A stretch of DNA of 64,000 bases from NCBI GenBank assembly GCA_040285825.1, contig JAUPSS010000004.1, forward strand, positions 4,927,784-4,991,783, read 5' to 3'. The stretch comes from Eukaryota sp. TZLM1-RC (lineage: Eukaryota > Protista > Metamonada: BaSk clade). Both the position numbers and the translations under genes were made by a program. Below, piece after piece: positions 13,621 through 27,100 of this stretch (positions are counted from its first letter, which is position 1; each line of letters opens with the position of its first letter). The notes under the pieces were generated by a model. It saw nothing but the letters and a program-made list of their open reading frames with translations, did not search any database and was not told the DNA's origin.

Positions 13621-14849
13621 TTCAACTAATTTGTTGTCAGTATTAATACCATTCAATGATTTTGAATTTGTAATATAGAAGGACTGTATAAAAGAGGTTC
13701 AAAGGGGTCGTTTTACTTCACTGGATAATGACAAAATAGAATCCGTGAAATACCAATTGCAATGAGGAATGATTCTCCACATTTTGAGTTAATTTTTCGA
13801 AATTGTGTCAAAATAAAAATGGAATATGGAAAGAGGAATGGATTTTACTTTACCATTATTGAATAGGTTTCATCAATAAAAAAATATTTCTTATAAACGA
13901 TCAACATGAACTACTGTGCTTGCAATACCACCGCTCCTGGTGGTTTTTTATCATTTTTCTCCATCACGAGCTGAACGAGCATTTGAGAGCTTGAAATGGT
14001 AATTGTTCACGGTTGTTTTCCATTTTGAACTTTGGATTGAGTAATCCTTTTAACAAAGATATGCAACTAGTAGCAACTCCATTTCCAGCTGATTCTTCAA
14101 ACGTTTCTGTTTAGATCTATCGTGTATTGCAAAAAATATGACACAACCTAGCAGGTCCAGATTAACATAATGAGCACACAGGAAACAATAGTTTAGATCC
14201 ATCAAGCACTGTCTAACAACTTTTCCATCAACAAAGGTTATCAGCAATAGATAATACATTCAAGGAAGAATATATTGCAAATTTAATAATTTTGGGAGGT
14301 AAATTAACTGACCTGGACAGCCAATGATGATCTGTGTTCATATTTTCTCAGTTTAATATAGCATTGTTCATTGAAGATTGTGCTTTTCACTTCATGAATG
14401 TGTCGACTTCTCTTTAAATTTCATCATTTTTATCTTTGGACATAATTTTTGTCACGAATTTGGGTATTATCAATCGATATATTTCTTCAACAAACAGAAA
14501 ATATTTCTCCTGTGGATTAAATCTCAGTTTGAAGTTAAATCATCTTTGTTTAAATTTTTCAAATAAATTTCTCAAATCAGGATCAATCGAAATCTGCAAA
14601 ATGTGTTGGAATTTGACATTTGTTTTATATTAAGGTAAGATCAGAAAAACCAAAACCACCCTTGAATTTGGGAACACAAAAATAATCCACATTTGCAGTT
14701 CTAGTGACACCTAGCCATGATTTCAACGTTCTATTCACCAGTGAGGTCTATCAATACCAAAAATCATTAGTTTTGCATTTTCTGCAATTTTTGACCTGCC
14801 ATCTCTTCAAATTTCTTGAACAACAATAGTTACATATAACATTCCAAAC

Positions 14850-15660
14850 ATGCTGACCGACAACACTTCGACTGTTTGCAACTATCTATCACTGCTTACA
14901 GCAGGATGTTTTTGATCTTTCTGGACACACCGCCGTAATCACTGGCGCAAGTTCCGGTATTGGTGTTCAAATGGCTATGGCCATGGCCAAAAAAGGAGCC
15001 GACGTAGCTCTCCTTGCTCGCAGAGAGGGTAAACTAGAAGCTATTGCTGCTGAAATCCGCAAGATTGGTGTCAAATGTGAACCCTACAAGTGTGATGTCA
15101 CTTCCACTGAGATGGTCAACGAAGTAGCTAAAAAGATTAAGGAAGATTTCGGCACTGTTCACATCCTCGTCAACAACGCTGGTGGCTTAGCAGGATCGAC
15201 TTGTGTAGACACTTCTGACAATGACTGGAACTTTTTGAATGATTTGAATATCAACTCTGTTTTCAAAGTCTGTCGTGCATTTGCCCCAATGATGATTGAG
15301 CAGAAGTATGGACGTGTTGTAAACATTGCCTCTATTGCTGGTCTTGTTGGTGGTGCCGCTTCTCTTGCCTACCATACCACCAAAGGTGCTGTTGTAAATA
15401 TGACTCGTTCTTTGGCTGCAGAGTGGGCCGAACATAACGTAACTGCCAATGCTATCTGTCCTGGACCTTTCCTATCTGAGCTTACTGAACCTCTCCTTGA
15501 ACAGGAAGAAATTAAGGCGTCTTTCAACGCTAAGATTCCTATGAAGCGAATTGGTGAAGAGGGTGAGCTGGATACCTCCATTTTATTCTTTACCTCAAAA
15601 AAGAGCGGATATGTCACAGGTGTTTCAGTACCTGTTGATGGTGGTTGGTGTGCAGTCTAG
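14850..15660 (+). CDS. Classical short-chain dehydrogenase/reductase (gluconate 5-dehydrogenase/FabG-like), one 5' intron
   Basis: ATG at 14850; intron 14874-14901 (or -14904, NAGNAG acceptor); TGASSGIG, LVNNAG, YHTTK (YxxxK), ANAICPG and VDGG motifs. Confidence 0.92.
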
Positions 15661-16019
15661 TTTGTTTATTGATTGTAAAGTTGTATATATTATATTATAT
15701 TATGTTGGTTGTCATTTATTTGAACGGGGGTCCTATGGAGCTACCTGTGACTGGGTTGTTAATCAAAAGCTGGCTCAGTTACAAGTAATCAACAAATAAT
15801 CCCTTCGATAATCGCAATACACATTAGGCAATAATCTATGCATAAAGAATTATTGTTATCTAGAATTTTAAACCACCACAATAAACAAGATGAGCTCAGA
15901 CTTATGGGACGAAATTCAGTGAACCCAGATTTCTTGCGTCAAATCATTGTCTGCTTGTTTACTTGTTAATACTTCTCTTATTCATTAACAAAACCAAGGG
16001 GTTCTATTTGTTATGGTGA

Positions 16020-16330
16020 TTTGAATTTAATAGCACAATTCGTCATTTGGGTTCCTTTTAAGGAAATATTGATGGAGTTGCTAAAGAATTGTTTAATAGG
16101 TTGAATTTAATTTACGAGAAAATTGACCAAATGATGCATTTGGATGTACAAAAACATGTCAAATTTACCATAATAGGACTTTGTTTTAATTCCAATTTTA
16201 ATCATATAATTCGATCGACAAATCCTGTTTTTCACTAGGCCTTTGGCCCAAAAGTTTAATGAATTACGTCCAAAAGTCTTGTCACAATTATTAGGAAATG
16301 TAAAATGTCCCAAATTCCAGATCATGCCTT
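16020..16330 (+). mobile_element. Decayed CRE-like RT fragment
   Basis: Similar to the reverse complement of 860-1140 (PLAQKFNELR..VLSQ). Confidence 0.7.
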
Positions 16331-17621
16331 TTTGTCAAAATTTCAAGTTTTCTATCATTTCAGGGGATACTTCCTTAACACTAGCTGAAAAACACTTCAC
16401 CAAATACTGGGAAATAAACAATCAAGTGCGTTTTCAAGGTCACTTAAAAAGTGACTGTTTGACACAATTGAGCAAATCAATATCATTTAGCCAGCGGATA
16501 CAAAATATAATTCAAAAACTGCTTTATTCTTGGCTGGTTGAACCCAACAGTGCTTTGGTGCTTTGTGGTTTTTTTAAAGAGTTACAAATGTATTATAATC
16601 TAATTTTGCAACAACAGATTCATTTCTGACATTAATTCAAATATGAGTTTTTATTAATAGAATTTAATGATTCAAAGGCAACGCGAAGACTTTTACCTCA
16701 TATACCCCCTCATAAAACAGTTTCGTGGCCCCAAAGTCTAAGTGTGTCTAATAATGATGATAGCGATGTTGGTTAGCGATTCAGGTCACCTAGTCAATGT
16801 TTTGTCTAGATCATCTCCGTTGTACATTGGACTTCCATTGTTTCTCTCCTTGTTTGATATCTTCTCAACACGTCTTCAATTTCCCGATCGATCGAATGAT
16901 CTGCTTCTACATGCTTCTTGAAGTCACTCGTCTTTACTTGTTTTACAAAAATTACTTTCTTCAGGTACGTCCACTCTTCACTCTCCTTTGCCATCCGTCC
17001 CTTCTCCCTGATCAACTTTCTTCTCAACATTTTTCATTCTTGACCTATTCACTTCAGTTTGTGTTGGTTTCTTTTTTGGATGCTCCTTAAAATGGTTTTA
17101 TGATGCGTTTATAACTGTTGAGCAAACTTTTCCGATCGATCGGAGCTTGTTTCTGTAACGGGTTTTTGGATATTTATATCTGTCTGTCATTTTGGATCTA
17201 TTTCAAGTTTTGATTATCGTAAGTGTAGCCTGATCCCACGCATTTTCAGTATTTGAGGTTCTTCAAACTGCGAGTGTTTGCAATTAAATATTTATTTCAT
17301 GGAAAGTATTTTTCACCACAATTTATTTGTTTGTTTCAAAAAGCTATTCACCTTACTGATTCTACCTTTTCAGGGGTTTTCAGTCAATGTGTTACATCGA
17401 CCACTTAAAGATATCCGATTTGGATTTGGTTTCATTTTTTCCATTTGAATTCAATCTTCTTCAATATCGACTTGACTACATCATTTTATTTTATTTTCTG
17501 TTCTTAAATTTTCAAATATTTGATGTTGATGATTTCTGATTTGTTACATTCAATTATTGTATTCTAGAGTTTTTCAGTCATCATTTACGAGGATTTTTTT
17601 AATTTGACTGCTGTATTTGTT

Positions 17622-17661
17622 GCATTTTTCAAGCATTTTTCAAGCATTTTTCAAGCATTTT
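17622..17661. repeat. 11-bp tandem repeat (GCATTTTTCAA) x3.6
   Basis: Read directly. Confidence 0.9.
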
Positions 17662-17919
17662 GGCTTTTCCTATATTTCGTTTACAAAATTTAACTAGTGT
17701 CTCTACCAAATATTGAGAGTAATTCTCTTTATTTAGTGTCTCTATTTATAAATACATAAACGACTGAGTAATCATCAATCATTCTGTTTTTACTGTTTGA
17801 AATCGATTACGGTCAAGAAAGATCCGATTACGTTTTTCTATATAGTCTACATGTATTCTTGGATTTTTGCGAATTACCTTTCATCATTTTAGAACCAAAG
17901 GGACTACAGTCTTCAGCAT

Positions 17920-18680
17920 ATTTGAGTTAATGTTTCATCCTCGTTCAGTACGTAGTCTCAAAGCTTGTAATACATCTCTTCCAATCAGAGATTTGTTGAT
18001 GCCAGTTATAATCTCGCCCTCATTGTTTAAAAACACTTGAGTGGCCAAGCTACCCACATTTAGAGCAAGAACACCACTTGCACATCCCAGGGTCGTGGAG
18101 CGAATACCGTTTGCCGATAAGTATTCGACAGTCTTATTGTGATAAACTGTCATATTACATTTAGAGGCTAAATTCATTGATTATGCTCAAAATGCAGCTC
18201 CATTATCAATTTCGCCCTGTACTTCCACGTTACTTATGGTGCAAGTTAACCAGAGTTCCCCGTTAGAACTTGCTTGGTTATCTGCTACTCTGGACAGTCT
18301 AACACTGTGGATAGAACCCAGAAGATTGGATGACTCCCTCAATCTCTTTAATGGATTTAGGTGTTTATGATTCAAATCAATTTTGCCCATTTTGTAAATG
18401 GCATTGGTCGAATTATATGTAAGGTTTAAAGATGAATATTCATCTGATTTATTATTACTACTGCGTTTTCTATCACGTTTCCCACCTCCCTGACGCTTCT
18501 TAGAACCCGGTCTTCCCACTATTTTAAAATCTTTCTCTTCAGGATGTTTATTGGTTTTGCATAAGCTACACCATTACTCTGAAGCGTTGGGTCGACTACT
18601 TACTCTAGGGTTCTTTAAAGGACCTTTTGACTGGCTTCGTCCTCTTTGCGCAGGAGCATGAGTACCGAAAGCTGTTCTAA
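17920..18680 (-). mobile_element. Gag-protease fragment of Gypsy family C
   Basis: Inverted near-copy of 25540-26260 (GRPGSKKRQGG..GEIDNGAAF..EYLSANGIRS). Confidence 0.9.
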
Positions 18681-19161
18681 TCAGGTTAATTTAATGTCTT
18701 TGACTGAGGATTCAAGGCTGTTGACCTTATTAACAAATACGTTACCTAAATCGTAAATCGCATCGCCCAGTTTCTCGTTACTAGAATTAAACTTGCCAAT
18801 CCAAATGATATATGTATTCATCAATATGCTGTTAATTTTGTCGTTAATGGTTTCAAGAAATCTCTTGGCTCGGTAGATGACTGACGGATTACCATTCGTT
18901 CTGGGCAGCAACCGAAAATTCACAATATTTCTTTCTTGGCCATTTTGTCTTTTGACAATAAATATATTGTTGAACCCAGTATTGTATTGTATTGTTGAAA
19001 TATTGTAAAAGACAACATTAAATACTCAATAAATAACTTTTAAGAAATGTTAAACAAACTATATGTACTAACAAACCTAAATCATTAACAAATTGATCAG
19101 ATTCCATTTCTCATCGACTGGTTCCGTTTTCTGACATGATAATCTCAACCGTTTTTTTGTT

Positions 19162-19347
19162 TCAACAATGTAAATTGTAATGTAGCAACAATTGTTTCTC
19201 CAAACTGTCCGAAGTCAAGTTGGGATGATCTTCCACTGTCGTTTCGGCTCTGATGAACAATCTTTCTACATCATTGCTGGTTGCTGGAATCCAAGTCAGA
19301 TCGATGTACAGATCTTGCATTCCATCAGAGTCTTCCTTCCGTTTCAC
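19162..19347 (-). mobile_element. hAT transposase C-terminal relic
   Basis: IPATSNDVERLF..NLTSDSLEKQLLL dimerisation motif. Confidence 0.75.
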
Positions 19348-20149
19348 CCTTTCTTCAAATACGAGTACAAATTCTTCGTCTACGTTTGAAGGTCGTTATT
19401 TCAAAAAGCACCACAAAGCACGAAAATGAGTCCAATCTTCTCTGGAATCATTGCTGCAGTAATTTTAACCACATTATTGTAACATAGCCTGAAGTACTTT
19501 CACAGTGTTGGTTCTGAAATTGGAGATAAAGATAAATATTGTTGAAGAGTATTGCGATAGCCCTCATTGGACATGGTCGTTACACTTTGTACCATTCTTG
19601 TTAATCACAACACATTTCTATTTGTGATGACAATCACAATCACAACTGATAGGATAATTATTACCTGTGTTAGTGGGTGCAAGCTTCAAATTGCGGGGTG
19701 CACCTGTAGGGTACATTAGATAATAGCAATGTTCTGTGGTGCGACCGGTGTGACAAATTTTTCAGTCAGAGCGCACCCAATTATACACATAACTTACGTG
19801 AGCTATATACATACCTTGTTGAACAAGAATGTACGTATACAAGTATATAAAGAAGTAGAGTATATACGATATATTGTATACTTCAATATACTTCCATGTG
19901 ACCTTAAAGTTCTAAAAAAAGATCAACCTTACTTACTTTATGCCATACATTACAAACAGAAGTAAAGGCATCAAACCTTCTGTCACTGAAATAAAACTAG
20001 TCAAACAAATTGATGTCATACACTGATTCAATAATCCACTCATCTGGTACTTCTTCTATAATTTCTTCTGTTTCACTATCTCTACAACTTACAACATATT
20101 CTTCATCATTCGATGAACGATTGTCGTCCATTGGATTCGTTGATTCCTT

Positions 20150-20320
20150 GGTATGTAACTGCATACACCTTGATAACCAACTGACTATTGTGCTTAAAGA
20201 AGATAAGTTACTTCAAGCGTTCTGTTGTCAGACGATTTCGTGTACTTGTGTGAATATGTTCATTATTCGACCAATTACGTTCTCAGGATGATGCAGACGC
20301 CACTTGCGCCAATAATCGTT
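20150..20320 (-). mobile_element. hAT transposase C-terminal relic (second family)
   Basis: Manual translation ERNWSNNEHIHTSTRNRLTTERLK*LIFFKHN. Confidence 0.7.
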
Positions 20321-20531
20321 GAGAAACGTATTGATGTTCAGGAATCAGTGATCCATAGGTACACCACATTTATATCTAGACTTGTCATTCGATTCGTCGT
20401 GACGTGACGTGACGTGATCCGTCGTTCGACAGATATCTAAACTCCTTCTAAAAATGTACTATTTGATGTTGAAGATAACAAAAGTTATCTTTATTGTTCT
20501 ACTACAAGATACATATAAACTACAAAGGGAA

Positions 20532-20972
20532 CTAAACCCATAATTCAAAATCTTTACACATACTGTCCTGGTTTTCTCCTTCCACCATCAGCACTGGTCC
20601 ATCACTACTATATGATAATGCAACAGAATTGACATCTTCAACAGGCTTCTTCTTCCAAGATTTTAAGCATAACACAGCTTGTACACTTTCTGTAGACAAC
20701 AAAGATCTCCTTTTGTTCACAACCAGTCCGGCGTTGGCAAAAAGTTGCCCACACAGAACAGACGTTGCTCGGGCAGACATCACATCTAGAGCCAAATGAG
20801 CTAACTTGGGGTATCTGTTCAGGTTCTTCCACCAAAAGTTATTTAGATCGACGTTGGATCCTTCAACTTTTATCACTGGTTCAGTGATGTAGAGGCTCAA
20901 TTCATTATCCTCTTCCATTTGTTGGCCACTATTGCTCCCATTTTCACCACCACTATCGTTCATCAGCTCCAC
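20532..20972 (-). mobile_element. hAT transposase C-terminal relic (third family)
   Basis: FWWKNLNRYPKLAHLALDVMSARATSV..RRSLLSTESVQAVLCLKSW. Confidence 0.85.
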
Positions 20973-21823
20973 TCAAGCTGAAGATAATGGCTTCATTCCT
21001 ACCATACATGCCAAACCATACAGCACAATTGATTAATGGCTTCTGCCAGGACCTTAACGGTATTACTCCTGCTAAGGAGAGTAATCCTTCCTTCGGGAAG
21101 AGTTATCCTCCTCATGAGAGTAATCCTTCCTTCGGGAAGAGTTATCCTCCTCAGGAGAGTGAACTTCCTGCTGAGAAGAGCCTAGCATCTCAGAAAGGAA
21201 ATCACCTTCCCAAGAACGAGAGTGAACTTCCCGCTGAGCAGAGCCATACCTCTCAGAAAGGAAGTAACATCCCCAATGAGGAGAGTGGTTATCACGTTGT
21301 TGATGTGACAGAACCGTACACATATCCTAACAACTCCTCGGAGCTCTTTCCTTGTAGGAAGAGTTTTCTCACTCCGAGCGAGCAACGGAGATTCAAAGCG
21401 TTTGCTATAAGTAACAATTCTAACGCTTGTACAGAAGGTGAAGGAGGTGAAGGCGAACGACAGTCTACGACTAGCTCTTTAAAGCTCCCTCCTCACCTAC
21501 TTCTGACACCAGCTCGAGTGAGAAACCACAAAATGATTCCAGAGGAACTCATAATCAGGACAACAGCAGAAGAGGGGATGAGAGTGATGATGAACCTCCT
21601 CATACACCCAATCTTTCTAATCCAACTCCAACTTTTCCATCTACGGGAAGGACTCCTCAAGGTCTTTACCGAAGGAAACTAGCAAAGGCAGTTGAGGCTG
21701 TGACTAGAGATTTCCTAGTGGATCTCATCGCCAATCCTCCCGAGGATAAAATAGATTGGAGTGATGATGAATTACTGAAAATGGCTGAGAATGAGTCAGA
21801 ACGTCTCTCGGGAGACGTAGATC

Positions 21824-24172
21824 TAGGCCCCAGCATTTGACTAACACGCTCAGACTCGACTCAACATTTTCGAGTCGTACTCAAGCTCGACTCGGATAGA
21901 CTGAGTTCAACTCGACTCCGACTCCATTCTGGTGAGTCACACTCAAACTCGACTCGAGCTTGAGTCGACTAATGAGTCTGAGTGAATTTTTTTCGTTTAG
22001 AGCACCTTGGATGAAATATAAACAACAAGGTCTATGTATTAGGATAAACTTATTGTGATGTTGCAATTGTATATGAACAAAACACTCATCTTTATTATTA
22101 AATCAAATCAAATCCATTGTCAAGCCATGACCGTAAGCACAAAACCGCACGAACGGAATCATCAGCCAAACAGCATCTTTTCTCGGAAACCATATCCCCT
22201 GCTAGAGAAAAAAGCCGTTCACAGGGTACAGAAGTTGGCTGGATAGCCAAGAAATCAGCTGCTATTTGAGAAAGTACAGGAAATCGACGTTTGTTGTCAT
22301 TCCACCATTGTAGTGGATTCACCGAAAGGTCAACCGGAGCTTCGGATAGAAAAGTGGAAAGTTCATCACCTTCTGCGTGTGATCTTCTGAGAAAGGATTC
22401 CAAGAAGGTAAGCTGTCTATTTGCCACTGATGGGACTATTGACTCATAGTTTACATTGATAAGATCTTGCAATTTTCTAGAGAAATCGTCAGGAAATCGT
22501 AAATGAAACCCTTCAAAACGACGTACACGGAGATCAAGAATTGACGAAACAAAGGCAGGGAAGTCGTAAAGTTCTTCTAAATACTGTTCCAGCTTTCCTA
22601 GCATCAAAGAAGCTGCTTCTTGGATAATCTGCGCTTCGTTTTGATAAGAATAGAGATGCGCATACAGACCGTCTATTAGCATAAGCACTAAACCACAGGT
22701 AGGATGCAATGCAGCTGAAAGGTAAACTGTACATTCGTAAAAAGGTGCAAGAAGATTAAGAATAGCTTCAATCTTCAGTTCTTCTTCTTCGGTGACTATG
22801 AGAGCCGTCATTCCCTCTTCAACCAATAGTTTGGTAACAGCCGATTTAATCTTCATGTAAGTATTCACCATCAAGTAGGTGCTGTTCCACCTAATTGCCG
22901 TATCAAGAGGGATTGTCTTCTTTTGAAGACCTTGTTCTTGTAGTTCTTCCTACAGTAACTGGTAGAGCTTGCTAGAAACATGGCATTGTCTAACAAAGTT
23001 GTGAATCTTCGACAAAAGACCATCAACCACCACAAGACCCTTTTTTACAACCAAATTCAAAATATGGGCCATACATTTCTTGTGAAACAGCTTTGGTTGC
23101 TTTTCTGTGAAAAGTTTCAAAGCCTTTCTGACATTGGCAGCATTGTCAGATGTAATGGCGAGCAATTCAGCATTATCAGAGTTCTCAGAACTTTCATCAA
23201 AAGTAATGGATATTATGTTTTCACTGTTGATATCCCTTAAAGCATCTTGTACAAAAGCAAGAATTATTTCGGCTGAATGTGGGTGCGGAATTCTAACAAC
23301 GTCCAGTGTTAGAGATGACAAGTTGAAATCATCACTAACAAAATGGGCAGTTATACCAAGATAAGGGCGCTTAGCTCTTGAAGTCCATAAATCTAGCGTC
23401 AAAGAATAGGAATGTCTATTTTGACCTAACCTCTGCAGCATTGATGGACGCATTTCGGAAAAAGCATTGCGAATGGAACGAGAAATGGACCATGAAGACA
23501 TTATCACCGTATTCTCATTATAGAAATTCATTAAGTTACGAAAATGTGGGTTGTCCGCCAACGAGTACGGTGCGCCAGACTGAATGAACATCTTGATCAA
23601 AAGCTTGCGGCCAGTTTCAACTTCTGCGGAAGACAAGACTGTTGCGGGAAGTGGAGTGAACGATGAAAGTTTTAAAGTGGGTTGCTGCTGCCTTATGGAA
23701 CTAGTCCAGTTGGGATGTTCCTTTTCAAGGTGTCGTTTCAGTACTGTTTGAGAAGTCGAAACTGAAAAACTGGTTGACATTCCAGGGCACAGAAGACAGT
23801 GACGCTTACCATTTTGTTCGGAAAAAAGACGATAGCCATTCCATCGTTGATATCCAGAAAGAGGGGAGAGGACAACAGGAAGTTCGGAGTCACTTACGTT
23901 ATTAACTTCCTCGCGAATCCTCTTGGTAGGAGGAGTTTGGTTTACTGTCATTTAAGAAAGAATTATAGAAAAAGGATGTAATTATAAACAATAAGTGAGT
24001 GTGTGAAACTCGTAACAGACTCAATATTCTATGTTTATTAGTTCGACTACACTCAGACTCCAACAAGTTGAGTTCGACTAGACTCGCACTCACATAGATA
24101 GGAGTTTGACTCAGACTAAAATCAAGTTTAGTCGGCTGAGCGCGGACTCGCCGAGTCTGATGCTGGGGCCTG
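21824..24172 (-). mobile_element. Full-length hAT (Ac-like) DNA transposon inserted in Gypsy gag
   Basis: TIR (T/C)AGGCCCCAGCAT; 8-bp TSD CGTAGATC at 21816-21823 and 24173-24180; GACTC/GAGTC subterminal repeats. Confidence 0.95.
22098..23951 (-). pseudogene. hAT transposase with one in-frame TAG (22950-22952)
   Basis: BED finger CLLC..LKRHLEKEH, TLDLWTS, TSDNAAN, CMAHILNLVV, RWNST, TSVPCERLFS; both ORFs in the same frame. Confidence 0.9.
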
Positions 24173-27100
24173 CGTAGATCCAGCCGAATGTGAGAAGGTC
24201 AGACGTGACTCTCTAGCTAAACGCTGGCTCTTTCTCTTTGGGGAAGCTTACGGCAAAACACTTGACGATGTCGTCTACGAGAGTTATGATCAGAGTCCAA
24301 ATCTTTTAACGAGATTGGATACCGATTCAACAGTCTCGTGTGGGATGAGTGCAGTCGAGGATTGCTATTTTAGCGCCCCTCGTTCAAAGTATCAAGTTGC
24401 TACTCCCAGGCCTACCAAATACCATAGGGATGCGATTGATGACCACAAAATATATTTCAGTGGAAATCAAGAAGCTTACCACAGGATATTTTGGATAGCT
24501 AAAATGTATCCTCATAATCAGCAGGGTAGAAACCTTAGAGGCGTCGTAAGGCATTTCCTAGTGGAGAACGTACACCCAAAAGATTCCATTGCGGACATCT
24601 TACTTATGCTTGGGAACAGATTCGATGAATCTCGAGGCGACACCCTTGAATTTCATGCCAAAGAGTCTTACGTTAGAAAAATAGGCACCATGGTAATTGA
24701 ATTGAAAGAGCAACGTGTTGGCCCCAACAAGTTAAAACTTGTTTATCCTGATGCATGGATGGCAAAACTTAAGGTATGGGTTGATAGCTGGCCCGACCAA
24801 AATGTTTTTGCGAATGTCTTAATAAAGAGCAGTTGCCTTCCATATGATCATAAATTAGCGGGGGTCCCTAGAGGATCTAAAGATGCACCAGATTGGGTGG
24901 ACTTAAGGCCACCAGCTCAGACTATACCTGTGCAGGAGGAACCTCCTAAGACAAAATTTATCATAAAGTTGAGCGAAACATTGCCTTCAGAAGAGAGTAA
25001 CATGAATATATTTAGTACACCTTCTGTAGGGCCTCTGGCATCTAGATGAACTTCCTGTGAAACAACTCCTACACAAGCATCTGTTGTAAATCCATCTAAA
25101 CCCACGCAACCCCTAGGGACGAATGCTCCTAGAGATTCTCTCGTCGACACCCTCGGTCTTTATAGAACTCCTGTAACAGACGAGGAGAAATTGAGGAAAA
25201 GAATAGACGACAAACTCAGATGTCTAGTTAAGTTAAATGAAGCGTTTGACGCCAAGAAGATCTTCGACTTCGTTCTTAACTTTGGCAATTGGGCTAAAAC
25301 GGTTAGGGATCGCGATGGACCCACCAGAGCATTTACGCCGATCTTCAAATACGGTCCACCTGTTCATCAGTACGACTTCGTTAGATCCATGTTCTTCGAA
25401 GTGGACCCTTTGTATTTGAGATTTATGATGGAGGGTAAGGTCATTGCAGAATGGCAGAGCTTTTATGGATGCCGAACAAATGTGTTAGGCAACAACCCAT
25501 CAGATTACGAGATCTGGGAATATTTGCTACTCAGCACCCAGCTTAACCCTAGATTAAGTAGTCGACCCAACCATTCAGAGCAATGGTGTAGCTTATGCAA
25601 AACCAATAAACATCCTGAAGAGAAATGTTTTACAATAGTGGGAAGACCAGGTTCCAAAAAGCGCCAAGGAGGTGAGAAACGTGATAGAAAACGTAGTAAT
25701 AGTAGTAGTAGTAATAATAATAAATCAGATGAATATACATCTTTAAATAATAACCTTACAAATAATTCAATCAATTCCATTTATAAAATGAGCAACGCTG
25801 ATTCGAATTATAAACACCTAAATCCATTAAAGAGATTTAGAGAGTCATCCAATCCTGTGGGTTCTATCCACAGTGTTAGACTATTCAGGGTGACAGGAGA
25901 CCAAGTAAGTTCTAACGGGGAACTCTGGTTGACCTGTTCAATAAACAACCTGGAAGTACAAGGCGAAATTGATAATGGAGCTGCATTTTCAGTATTATCA
26001 ATGAATTTAGCCTCTAAATGTAATATGACAGTTAATGACAATAAGACTGTTGAATACCTATCGGCAAATGGTATTCGCTCCACGACCCTGGAATGTGCAA
26101 GTGGTGTTCTTGCTCTAAATGTGGGTAGGTTGGCCACTCAAGTGATTTTAGGGATCGAACTCCAGATCATTCCTGGTACCAATAATTTTTTGATCGGAAA
26201 AGACTTATTACAAACCTTGGGGCTACGCACGGAGCACGGTTTTAATATTAATTTGGATCGCGAACATCGCACCATCTTAAATGCTGAATGTGAGTTTGAT
26301 AATAGAATTTGTCAACCAATTACATTCATAGAACAATTGAGTAATAAATCAGACTGAGGTAATGATTTTGGGCATTCCACATTTAGACATGATTTAGATG
26401 AGTTGGGCTGTAGAATATGCCTGGATGACATTAGAGACGAGGAACGCCTAGTCGTTCTACTCGAAAAATATAGAAATGTATTTAGTGGGCTAGCTTATCC
26501 GGACGGAATTAATTGTCAGCCGATGACCATTCCATTTTGTGACGAAAGTAAGGTCGTCAAAAGAAAACCTCGAAGATTAAACCCAGAAATACAACGGGTA
26601 GCCGAGGAAATTTTTAACGAATTGATCCGTAATGAATTTGCTGTGTTCGCAAAGTCTCAATTCAGTAGTCCCATCTGTCAAGTGATTTACCCTGATCACA
26701 GGAAACCACGATTAACTGGCAATTTTAGTGGTGTTGGTGGAGTAAGTGATTTAACTAAACCTGTAGAGGCAAATTTGCCCAGGATTAGCGACATTTTAGA
26801 GTTTTTAAGTAAAGCTAATTATATAGCAACTCTAGATTTACCTAAGGCATTTTGGCAGCTCAAAATTGCAGAAAAGGATATCGATAAAACTACCGTATCA
26901 ATTCCCGGGATGTCGATCAGGTTCAAAAGGGCTTGTTTTGGCTTGAAGAACGTTTCTGCTGTCTTCAAAAACATGATGATGGAAATTTTTGATTCCCAAA
27001 GTTTATATATATCGATGATATAATAATAGTAGCTTCAACCTTGAATGAATTTCTATCAAGAGTAGGTACAGTCCTAGAACACGCCAATCGTTTTAGAGTT

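Noticed and set aside
16806-17250. Charged minus-strand ORF remnant
   Set aside because: Short, broken and without a recognisable family
21070-21290. 39- and 63-bp tandem repeats as a non-coding array
   Set aside because: In-frame low-complexity repeats of the Gypsy gag region
21840-21985. CRISPR-like array of GACTC/GAGTC motifs (also 24040-24160)
   Set aside because: No fixed repeat-spacer period; these are hAT subterminal repeats
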